A stretch of 64,000 nt of DNA from Ramazzottius varieornatus. Lineage: Eukaryota > Animalia > Tardigrada. A program made the translations under genes and the position numbers. Below the pieces are notes generated by a model. The model searched no databases. It was not told the DNA's origin and saw only the letters and a list, made by a program, of their open reading frames with translations. The stretch spans positions 3,489,324 to 3,553,323 of the forward strand of contig BDGG01000001.1 in NCBI GenBank assembly GCA_001949185.1. Reading direction: 5' to 3'. Below, piece by piece: positions 12,201-29,400 of the stretch (position 1 is the stretch's first letter; each line of letters begins with the position of its first letter).

Positions 12201-15200
12201 GCGTCTCCACCGGGTTCTGTGTCAGCCAGACCGCCTTCTGTAATAATGTTCCAGGTGAGCGAAGCCTTCACAATCGGAATACGCTACGTAGTTCAGAAAT
12301 GGGTGGCTTATTGTATTAACACTTTCGTGAATTTTGTAGACTGTCCGGATGGTGAAGACGAGAAACATTGCGCTTGTGAGGTTCAGCACTTTGATTGTGG
12401 CGAACCGGACCATCAGTGTATTCCCGACGTAGGCCTTCATAAACTTGTCTTTACGCGAACCGAGTATACTAGAGTGTGGTTTTTCTACAGAGTTACGTTT
12501 GCGACGATAGCCCCGACTGTAGCAACCACGCGGATGAGCAACACTGTGAGCATCGTCCGAGGTGTCAAGAGAACGAGTTCAAGTGCCGGTTCTCGGGTGC
12601 CTGTGTCGATGAGAAGCTGGTGTGCGACGGTCACGACGACTGTCCCGATAAAGAAGACGAGTTTGGCTGTCTGTCTCCGGATCCTGGTATCAGACAGTGC
12701 GGCAAGGATGAGTTCTCTTGCATGAATGGAGAAAAGTGCCTGTCGATATCCAAGCGCTGTGATAAGGTATGATACCCGTATCGTTTTCGTTTTTGGTTGA
12801 TTCATAGGCATTCTCTGACTGTTTTGCACAGGTTGCCGATTGCAAGGATGGCTCAGATGAGACTGGTTGTTCGGATTTTGATCCTAGCTCTTCCGGCTCG
12901 GTGGGGGTAATATGGGTGGAAAGAAGGAACTTGACGGCGACTACCGCACTAGTTGAGTGGAAGACTCCGGATGGAGTGAAACCTTCCAAGGATGGATACA
13001 CGGTCAGCATCGCAGCCGATGGCCTGCCTGCTGTCGACCAACGTCATGCAGTCAACTCTTTCATCTTCCTGGACCATCTGATCCCGTACACGAAGTATAA
13101 AGTGTCAGTACGCGCCGCGAAAGAAACCCGACTTCCGGGCAGAAACAGGTCAGCCCATAACAATCATAACTCCACCAAACGATCTGACTGACCGAAGTAT
13201 TCGCTACAAATTGAAAAATGGGTGTATCTCTATATGAGAGGAACTAATGTTATGAAAATAAGCTGGAAAATTAACGATAGAAATGAGGGTCCCGCAAACG
13301 AACTTGACAAGGCAGGTTTTGCAAACGGCTCACCATTCCCGCCAGTAATATCGAAATCGTGCGTCACTTGGAAAAACAGCCTTAACAGAATTGTTTTGCC
13401 GAGCTTTCGAATATAGATTATTAATTCGAACAGATGACAGAATTATCACGAATGTGAAATTTGAACAGGTCGGTATCGTTCACAACCAAGATGGACACGC
13501 CAACGTCTCCTCGAAACGTCCAGGTCCATCAGGTAGCCGACAGTGCCATTCCCGCCATACGCATACAGTGGGAGGCTCCAGAGCATCCTAATGGGCCACT
13601 CAGGAAGTACAGTGTTACGCTGCGAAGTGTTCGAGGTGTTGCCACCTTGAGCGTTCCTTCGACCTACTCTTTCGTAGTCTACAGCGACCTCTTCCCGGAA
13701 ACCATGTACACTGTCACGGTCCGTGCGATAGTAGGTACACCAGACGAGCCAGTGGCTTTCGAAAGCGAACCCTCGAAAGAAGTGATGATCAAAGTGGGCA
13801 AAGACGCGCTGGTCGTACCTGTTCACGACCTAAAGATCAGGGTTACTAATGGAAGCTGTGTGGAGCTGAGCTGGGTCCGACCGGGAGTTCCTGTCGTCGT
13901 CAACGAATATATGGTGGTGGAAGCCTCAGGAGAAGTCAAGCCTGTTCGAACCGGTAACATTATAATATATTTTTCATACACACTGTTATTAGATAAATTT
14001 CTTGGAAATGGTTATCGTCACCCAGCAAAACCCACTAAGGTTTTGCCACCCACCGAATTAATTACTGAAATCCACTTTAGTTTTTGTCATCCACTAAAAC
14101 TGAAAATTGATTACGAATACTTTACACCCAGTAAGTTTATTGTCACCCAGTGTTTGAACTCCGTTGCCAGTGCTAGTTTCTGCTTAGCCACAGCAGAGAG
14201 AGTTGCGGAACGGAGAAAAGTCCAGCGAACACGACTTTCGGTAACAACCGCGTGCCCGCAGATATGAGAGTGGCATCGAAAAGCCCAAACCCGTCTGATC
14301 CCAGAGTACGAAGCTTGTCGATAGACCTGAACGTTCTTCGCTTTGGTGGTTGCGCTTAGCAGCAAGTCCGCCTGGTGCGGGGACTCTTCGTTCCCCGAAG
14401 TGGGTGACAATGACCTCACCCAAGATTATTTAGATTATGAAATAATATTCACAAAAGACTGAAATAATATTGATAGTCTAGTTGTCAAAATGATATTATT
14501 CGGATGCTGTAAGTTGAGAAGGCTCGGCGAAGCGAAATTAAGAATTTTCGGCACGGCGAGAAACGGCGAAAATTCTTATCTTCGCTTCGAAGAGCCTCAT
14601 CTAGCTGCGAGATTATTATTATGTCGTTTGAACCTGGTTTTTTAGTGGGTACGAAGGTCGACGTGTGTGACTTGCGAGCCGGTACTCTCTATACGTTCTA
14701 CGTGAAGGCAGTCAACAAGGAAAGCCAGAGTCCGGCAGCTGAGATCGACGTGAGGATGCCTGGTGAGATAGTTGCGCCACCGACCGACTTGCATGCCAAG
14801 ACGTTGAGCGCGACGAGTGTTGCTGTAACGTGGTCCCTGCCGCTAAACGTCCCAGCAGGTACTCGGTACGCAGTCTACTACGGGCTGGGGCTGAGAGACA
14901 TCATGCAGGCCTCAGGACCGAAGGTGGTAGTGACCGACACCAACAAGGCGGCAGTGACTGGACTTCATGCGTGCCGAAGCTACCTTTTCCTGGTTAGAAT
15001 TGAAGGACCGACGGTGTACTCCAACTTCAGTGGCGCAGCAAGGAGCAATACTGGGGCAGAGTTGAAAAAGGCACCGACGAACGTTCGAGTAGAACGAGTT
15101 AAAGACAGATCTGGAGGTATGTCTTCTACTTTGATAAATTAAAGACTAATGTACGTGGCTTCAGTGAAGTGTTTCAGCTGTGATACCGACGCAAGTGACG

Positions 15201-16359
15201 GTGCTCTGGGACGTAACCTGTGCGGCTTTCACTGCTGTCAACTCCTCGGCACCTTACTGGGTTCGCGTGAAAGACCTGACCAACCCTCAGCTCGTCATAC
15301 CTCTTCGCCTGTCCAAGACCTTCGTCGGACTGAACGGTAGCGATGCGCTTATCGGAGTTCTGAAGAGAGGCAACCGATACAGTGTGTCAGTGCGTTACGG
15401 AAACGTCGAAGATGCAGAGTGGTCTGAACCGGTAAGGACATTTTATTCCGCTTTCACTTCAGTTCCTTGGTCAAACTTGATCGATCTGTTTTGTGATAGG
15501 TCCTGTTTGTAACTGCTGCCTATAACGCGCCAGTGGCATTTGTGGCATCTCAAGCAGAAAATGGCTCATTCGTCCTGACATGGACGCCGCCTAAGGAGCT
15601 CATGAGAATGAAGGACGCCGACGGTGTTCCCGTAGTTTTCAACGTGTCCATGCGGAAGAGGGATGGAAAAGTGCATTATTACAAGGCCTCCGAGAGTCCT
15701 TTCGTGATCAGCGAGAACGTGGTTGTTGGCGAGAAGTACACGTTCCAGATCGCTGCTGTGGATCATCTGGGCGGTGTGGGTATACCCGCCGAAAGCGAAA
15801 CCGTCCCCAAATTCGGTACGTAAAGAGGATTTCGACACCCTGCATACATCCGTACCACAGAAAGGCGTGTTTCTCTGTATGCAAGTTCGTGGAACAAATT
15901 GCGGTCTATACAGAATTGTTTCGCACACACCTGCGTCGTGTATTAAAATAAAATCGGGTTTCCGTGTATGACGATCCAGCCATATTGACTGGTCATCCAG
16001 AAATTTTTGGTGCAATGGTTTTTCTTGCAGAGCTTCAACATGTGGAAGAAGATTCGAGTAGCGCAGGGGTCGTGGTGCCAATACTTGTTCTAGTGATTGC
16101 TGGTCTATTAGTGGCCTTTGTATTAGTTCGTCGTTATCGACGGAGAAATCAACGCTCAGGCTCGTCTTTCCCCGCCACGCGCTTTCATAACACTCCCTAT
16201 GGAAATGACTTTACAGAATGTAAGTCTTGATCATGAATCTAACATCCCCATTCAACTGAGATAATCTTGTTATGTGGTTCAATTGCAGTGGACATGGACG
16301 AGGATCTGCCGGTGTTTCGAGCATTTCAGGCCGATGACAGCCAACCACTGGTTACCTAA
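6217..16359 (+). CDS. SORL1: Sortilin-related receptor SorLA/LR11, multi-exon
   Basis: Signal peptide, RFRR furin site, VPS10P domain with BNR/Asp-box repeats ([32 protein letters not shown]), 10CC, YWTD beta-propeller, EGF, a cluster of LDLRa repeats (CDG..DC..GSDE), FN3 repeats, TM ([20 protein letters not shown]), and an acidic tail ending DDSQPLVT*. Confidence 0.95.
14520..14597. repeat. Intronic inverted repeat (31-bp arms, 16-nt loop) in SORL1
   Basis: aggctcggcgaagcgaaattaagaattttcg / cgaaaattcttatcttcgcttcgaagagcct, 4 mismatches. Confidence 0.8.
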
Positions 16360-16782
16360 CACGGCGTATGTGTTCAAACGTTTTACGGATGAGTTTTTAT
16401 ATATCTGTGGTTCCCTGGGATGCTTGTGATGGATTACGCTATAATCCTTACGCCAAAGAGTTCAGTCAAATCGTGACCAAGAAACTTATCCAAGTATGGG
16501 TTGTTACTTTCTTCTTATTTCTTTCTTTCTCTCCTTCGCACTTGTGTTATGGCCTTACTTGTTTGCCAGATCGATTCTATCGCTGTTATTGCGTACTTTT
16601 TGTTTGAGCTTGTGTGTTGAGTGTCAACATGGGTACCCGGAAACAATAATTGATACCCCTCGATCTGCACGACTAGCGTACTACCGGGTGTGATTTTGTT
16701 TTACTGCATTTGGTCTCCCTTTCGAGAGCTCGAGGCAGCTACGGTTTTTAATTTGATAACCGTTTTAGTTTCCTCCTTTCTC

Positions 16783-16804
16783 TGTGTGTGTGTGTGTGTG
16801 TGTG
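16783..16804. repeat. (TG)11 microsatellite in the SORL1 3' UTR
   Basis: Read directly. AATAAA follows at 16844-16849. Confidence 0.9.
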
Positions 16805-16910
16805 ATTGATTCATTTCTACAACTTGTGAATAATTTGGTTCAGAATAAAATGGTTGAATAAAATGCTTCTTCTTTCCCTCTGCGGTGAACTGTCTACCTT
16901 CTGTGTGACT

Positions 16911-16995
16911 TGAACAGAAACGTTATCTTAAGTGGCGCAAATTGCTAGCGCAGACCTATGAGGACGCGCGCCACTTGAGATAGCGATCGTGTTCA
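16911..16995. repeat. Best-preserved copy of a dispersed ~85-bp hairpin element (AAGTGGCG-N31-CGCCACTT core)
   Basis: tgaacagaaacgttatcttaagtggcgc ... gcgccacttgagatagcgatcgtgttca. Related copies start at 3752, 9651, 10796, 13323, 18911, 32424, 33767, 58499 and 59200. Confidence 0.85.
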
Positions 16996-17010
16996 GTTCA
17001 TTTTATTTCA

Positions 17011-17805
17011 GTGTTGTATTTAGTTTCAGTCCGAGACTGATAAAATATTTGTTCTTAAATCAGTTTCAGTTCTAGTCTCGGGACGAGACCGAATCAACAG
17101 CCTGATCCCTCGGACTGAAACTCGAAACACAGAGACCGATTCGCCCAGGCAGAGATCAAAACTAGATCGAGAAGGGACTGAAAGTGATTTGTGGTGGTTA
17201 TCAGTCTCCGTCTGGGGACTGAAATTGAAAGATTTCGGTCTGTGGGACGAACAAGGAAATACGCGAAACGCATTTTCGAATCCTCGGGTTTCTGTTTTCC
17301 CAAAGATAGAGGAGGATCCCGGATACCTTTATGAGGCGTCATGATCAGCGGAACACCACTTCGTAAACTCGAAAAGGTTTTTAAAATGTGTCGCAAATGG
17401 TTTTCAGAATTCTTTTTTGAGTTGAGATATGGTGGTTCGCCGACAAAGATGCTTCATAGTGGTATTTGGAGACGTCTATTTTTGGGAGAACAAAAGCCAG
17501 AGGATTCGGAGAGGGCTCTCCGCACGTCCTTTGTCAGTCCCAGAGACTAAAACTGATATCTCAAACTTTCAGTTTCAGTCGACCAGTCTGAGACTGATAT
17601 CCTTTGCAAATCAGTTTCAGTGAGTCAGTCTCGGGACTGAAACTGATATCTCTGAGATATTCGATTTTAACAGTCTGACTGAGAGTCATTGAGAAAGAGT
17701 CCCAATTCAGTCCAGTCGGACTGAACTGATATATCTGGGGGTGAGTGTTTAGCAGTCCGACAAGACATGGGACCAATAATCTGGGACTGAAACTGAATAC
17801 AACAC
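17011..17805. mobile_element. Non-autonomous foldback DNA transposon/MITE, about 800 bp
   Basis: 22-bp TIRs gtgttgtatttagtttcagtcc / ggactgaaactgaatacaacac (1 mismatch). Many internal GGACTGA/GAGACTGA/TCAGTC subterminal repeats in both orientations. No transposase ORF and no clear TSD. Confidence 0.8.
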
Positions 17806-18481
17806 AGGTTCATTTGCCGACGCCCGACTTAGTAATATTTTCTCTGAAGATTTTTGGAGCGAGAAAATTGCGAAGCGGTTTCTGTGGCTGAATGTTTGGC
17901 GATATTGACCTGGTTCAGAAGGACGTCACTGCGGATTTCGTTCATATCGGCGAGTAGTGGTCGAAGGATTTACGATGTATTGTATTCAATGGATGAGAGC
18001 TGCTTATGTTAATTGATGTGACCGTTTGTGACGCTACGTGACTGTGTTTTAATGAAGGAAGGTGCGTGGGTGACTGGTGAATGTGGAGCCAGTAGAGCAG
18101 GATCTGATTCATCTGATCGTAATGTGACTTCGGACGTTCGATCTCACGCTCCATACCATACGGTACGCTCTGATGGCTCCTGTAGCTACAGCTTACTATC
18201 TCATTCATGTCCGCCGGGAAAAAGACGTGACGGTGCCTCTCCAATGACAGACGTCACAACATGGGGGGCTTAATCGGGCATGGTGGGTCTTTGTACGTTC
18301 GCCGAGCTTGGGGCGGTGAAACGCTCAACAATCGTTCGTCATAAAACGGTTATATACCCACCTTTTCGTTTGAACATCCCTCTTCTTTTGCTGGATCGAG
18401 CAGCAGTCGTGGTCGGTGTATTCAGTTGGCGACTGATCTCGTAATTGCGGTTGAAATCAATCGAATATTGCATGTTTCGTA

Positions 18482-24218
<5,737 letters not shown>

Positions 24219-24450
24219 CCCATCGTGGTCCTGGTCGAACGGTTATGCGGAGCTGTCGAGATGTACGGTGAGAGGTGGTTTACAACGTAGGTTTTAGCTT
24301 CAGAGATTCATAGCCATAAAGCTCTACCGTCGCAATTTGTAAAATTTATATCTTTTTATCACACCACGAAGGAAGCCAAGTTTCGACCGAAGTCGGTACC
24401 ACAATTTGTGTTCAGAAGATTCCCACGATCGGGCTAATATGCTCCACCAA

Positions 24451-25233
24451 ATGCAGAGGATCATAACCATTGCTGTTCTGTTTTCAATAATTTCTTTCGG
24501 TTACGGTAAGGCAGCTGTTTCATATGACGATGGAGCTCGAGCTGGTTGATATGAACGATGGTAAAGTTATGCTTCTCAGGTGTCCGTTTCAAGCGACAGG
24601 GCCTGGGCGCATTTGGTCCAGCCCGCACGACAAACAAACCCTTTATCGACACGGATGAAACTGGCGGGATAGACCTAATAGCTGCTGCTTTGAAAATTAC
24701 TTCCGCTCCAGCCGTGGACCAAGCATTTGCAATTGTCGGCCCAGCTAATGTGCAGGTAACCAACGTGTGTTACTGTGCAAAAGCGCTCAAATTTGCCATC
24801 ATTGTGTCTGCTCCGACGGGGTATAATATTTGCAGACTGTTCCGACAACTCCGCGTCCTGGTGGGCCAGGAGGCACTCGGGGACCTCCTCCGCAGACCAC
24901 AACCTACCTCGGCTACCTTGCAGGTTCGCCGTACCCTTTCGTCGTTGGAGGACCACCCGATATTCCAAATTTCGGCTCGAAGTGGAATGGACCATGGGGG
25001 TACAGTAACTGTCGCCTTGTGTTCTCCGAGAGCGTTGCTCGATTTTCCGCAATTACTCTATGAAATGAAAAGCAGAAAACGTAAGGCTACTCATGGCTTG
25101 ATTTTGCAGGTACCCGTTAGGACACATCCAGAGCTTCCGAGGAACCGGCCAATATATCCCGAACTATGCGTACTATCCACTGTCTTACTTTGGTTCTGCC
25201 CTCGTGCCGACAGCATATTCGGTTTCCGGCTGA
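24451..25233 (+). CDS. Orphan secreted Gly/Pro/Tyr-rich protein, 172 aa, 4 exons (24451-24505, 24580-24755, 24836-24999, 25110-25233)
   Basis: Three GT-AG introns join into 519 nt in frame. Signal-like MQRIITIAVLFSIISFGYG, then RFKR|Q, a PGGPGG segment and a Tyr-rich C-terminus (YIPNYAYYPLSYFGS). Confidence 0.75.
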
Positions 25234-26446
25234 TTCTGCATGATGCTCGAGAATGCTTTCGCCATTCCCTTTGCGCAAAGTCCATTGCGTTCTTACAGTT
25301 CGCTTACGGGCGTGTGTACGACGAAATGTCTGTGTTGAGCAAAGCTAGCAGCGTTTTGATCGGGCTTTGTTGTGGCGCCATCTTCAGCGGAACTGTGCGA
25401 CTCATGTTTCAACGAGGAAGCTGTGACGTAACAGAACCTGAAATTCAACCACGAATTAAAAGACTGCAACGCATACGTGCCCTTGCCAGGATCCTACGAG
25501 GTGAAAGAAGAGTTGTCAGTGTAAAATCGCATGATGAAGTTGACATCAACAGAAAGAGAGAGAGAATAGGCGGTCCTATTCTTTCTCTTCACCATGCGAT
25601 TTCACACTGACAACTCCGCTCTTTTCACCTCGTATTACCTTTCTAGCAAAAAGTATTTTCGAACAGGCAGATGGCGCTGCCTCGCACAATGAACTTCACC
25701 CCAGAGAGAAGACTCGATCCTAAGTCTCTGTTCTTGCAGTCTGCGCCACATACCTGGGAAACGACTTATACCCCAATACGAGCTTTGAAATAACAGAGTT
25801 TCCATCCTAAATTAAAAAATTCCCTGTAAAAATTCGAGGGAGCTGGAGTTAAGTTGATGGGGGTGCACCTGTATCGCGTTCCTTCATTTGAATAACATCC
25901 TTGATGTACCGATTTGTAAGTGGTTGTCGAGCCGACAGATGAGGATTCGCAGCTGCATTTTTATCGATTGTTGAAGTGGCTTTATCGTACACGGCGGGAG
26001 AGATAAACGCGTTGGCTGTGAACCTTGACTCCCACGCATGCTCATTGGCCCAGTAGGCAAGCTGCCAACCATTCTCGATTTCTGACTGGTCGCTGTAAAG
26101 CGGGCAAGGCGGTGACTAAGATTTATGGCCATCAAATACATCAGGTGCGGATCAGATACGATTGCCCGAGCCCTCCATTGTTCGTAACAAGTTACAGGGC
26201 TCGACTACCCCATCTCATTTGCGTGCCTGACTCGTCATAGTCGAATTCTTCATTCTTGTCCAGCCGGATAACATCGCGCAGCTTACCACTCTTTCCTCCT
26301 GTACTCAAGCCATCCTCCAAACTTGTTGGTCCACACCCATCGTCGAAAACATCGGACAAGGAATTCTACAGAACCGGAAAGGCCTTCGGAGGAAGTACTC
26401 GCCGATTCAGGAAAGCTGGATGGTTGATCGGCAATACCTCAGCAAA

Positions 26447-29400
26447 ATGTCGCCGGTGTTTTCCCTTCTCGTCGGGACATACGCGTCGCTTCTCTTCGTT
26501 TTCTCTACAGGTAAGCACGGAACGTAAATTTTAGCCATTTTGACGACGCTTGATAAGAGGGACTTATCGTTGCGTTACGCCATTTTACGAAGTGAGGTCT
26601 GTCATTACGGATGCTTCGTGCGCAGAGGATTCCTGTATCGCTTTCCGCGATCGAGTTTCCAGAATAACATAGGGTGTCTTGGGGTTGACAGAGGTGCGCC
26701 GGTTGATTGAAGGGCTCACGTATTCGATACCTGTCGAACTGTAGGGATTTTTTCCTTCCTTGTTATTGTTATTGCGTGACTTGGACAGGTGTTTCACGTT
26801 TATTTACATGACTACAGTGTGTCGAGAATTGAAAATCACAAGGCTACAACGGCGTCCTTCTACGCGCCTTTGTATTAGACTATTTCCGTTGTACCTATTC
26901 GGCAGTTTTCCGTGATATGGTGCTCTCGCCAGCGTGGACCTCAAATTTATTTTGCGCTAAGTAATGTTTGCTGGAGCGGAGATAAATCAGCGTTATCCAA
27001 CAAGCAAAACAGCACGGCGTGTTTTATGGCAGGGTTTCCCATCTGCCAGTCGGCATCAACTGCGAGCTTTTCGCTGCCGTTTCCGCTTGACGAAACCAAC
27101 TCTTTGTGGACAGATGGAGATGCATGAATATTGACGAAGGCATTAGCGCTATATTTTTCTTGTTAGTTCAACGATAACAAGACAGAAAAGCAAAAAACTC
27201 GCTGACAAATCGGGAAGCGGGATATGATAACATCTTGCAACAAAATAAATTAGATAATCTGAGCCTAATCTGTTTTTCGGTCGTATATAATGATATGAAG
27301 CTTGTTTGTGGACAATTTTTCAAAAAGTCAGGAAACGTGGAAGTCCCGTTCGAACCACGGCTGACAATACAAAAGACCCGCCATTGATTTTATGCAAAAT
27401 CTGACCCTGGCAAAACGCCGACGTAAACAAGATGCGCCATCCACTGAATGCAAGTCCGACATCGTTTCCCAACCGGTTTCCGTTCTGGTTGTGATTGCCG
27501 AGGAAGTTGCAGTGCGGTAGATGATGGGGATGCTAATGAAGTCAGCGTTTACCTTGCACACACAGAAAGCCTAGACTAGCCAAACGACCCACTTTTTTCC
27601 GGATAGTTATTCAAGGTAACCAACGGATGATCATGTCCTTGAGAGGTGCTATTGTCATCGTTGTATGCCCGATGTTTGTCATGATTGCTTGACATCAAAA
27701 TCCTCAGGTGCGACTGTTTGAGTACGTAACAAACGCTCTAGACAATATACTCTATACGATGTCAAGACAAAGTGAGCGGAGCGACTAGCACCGTCTCCTG
27801 TGTAATTAATGGTCTGATATATGCAATCGATCCGTTCGAGGAGGACAGGAAAACGATCAGTCCTGTCCGAGCTACCGTTTGTACAAGAGAGGCTTCGAAT
27901 TTCCTCCTCAAAAGGGTTCGAGGTAAAGCAAACGGAAAAGAGCTCGCCGGGCACAGATGGGACGCCGGCAAATGAACTGAGCGCGATCGTCATCCAAGTG
28001 GCGCAGGTTCTCAGCTTTTTCGGCTGAATCAGTGCGCCGCTCTGGGAACGATTCGTCTGCCGACGTCCCATATTGAATAAGAGTTCAGTGGCGGGTAATC
28101 GAGAAGCTCGTTAGCGGGTCGTTGCCGACGATCAGATTTCGTATCATCGTTTACAGTAGCATCCATTCCGATAAATGAAGATCGCCGGCAGACGCGTGGG
28201 TGTTATTTTTACGGTTATAATGATCTGTTAGTGGTTTTCCTGCTGTCATGTTCCGTCGAGTCCGCGGCAGGTTTCCGATTGTTTTGCGGGTGTATTGAGC
28301 TGTAATGGCTGTCGCTAATAGTCTTTCTCAAAGGTGCATCTGCCATGGAAAATATGGAGGTGTTTGATTTGACACGATTTATCAAATTTCCTTCTGGGGC
28401 TGCCGCTTTTTGCTGCGGGCCACGCTACAGTAATTATCCAGTGTTTGGACAAAGTGATCCATCTTACTCCTTAGCCATTTCTCTTAACATGCACTTCTGT
28501 CTATCTCGAGTCGCTGAAGAAAAAAGTGCTCTGACAGGGTCCCTCACTTTGAGTCGGTGTACCATCGGTGTCACTTGGAACTTTTTTTTCCTCTTTTATT
28601 TGGTCATTCAACTGTGTCCTTGAATGGCAAGTTGCACTTGAATGTAATGCAACACCGCACTTTTTTGCTACCTTTTTACTGCATGAATTGCACGGTCCAC
28701 TGATGAGGAAGGCATCTGTGCATATAGCGTCGTGGTAATTCCGCCGTGTGCTGTATAGCAATTTTGCCATTTTTCTGCGATATATTGCAGCAAAGTAATT
28801 TCATCCAATACGAATCCGCTGACCACTCGAACGACTAATAAGAAGCGTCCTCATTTTTTAAACGGATTTTACCATTGGTCTATTTCTTGAAAGCCTCTAA
28901 ATAATGCGGCGAGATACGGGTCTCTCAAGTTGATACTCGTATCGTGTTGGCTCATTTCCATACAGTTGATACAGTCTTGCCATATTTTTTACAACAAAGC
29001 AGAGCGGCTGACATGCCTGAGCAAATTTGCAAGCACCGAAAATAAAGTCACCGACATGAATATTCAATGGGATTTTTTTCCGATGCTGGTCTAATTTATT
29101 ATCGATTTTGTGTAGAAATGTGTGTGCGTGTTTTCGTAACAATCAAATCCGCATAGGAGGAGACGAAGGAAGGATGAATGGCCTCGATCCGACAGCGGCG
29201 GATCTGGCTTTGCGCGAAGAGATTAATACCTCTAAATTTTCTTTTCTGCACACTTGTGTTCCGCTGAATAATCTTGTCGATACATGGCGAGTCCTCGGCA
29301 TGAAAAGAAATCTTTCACTTGACTGCCTTTGTAAAACTTTTCCCGACATTTATTTGCTCGTTCGACAAGAAAAGCATTGCTAATTTCATTGTAGCCATTT

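Noticed and set aside
24558-25610. 350-aa single-exon ORF
   Set aside because: Only its first part coincides with a real exon. A four-exon spliced model with signal peptide and coherent composition explains the region better.
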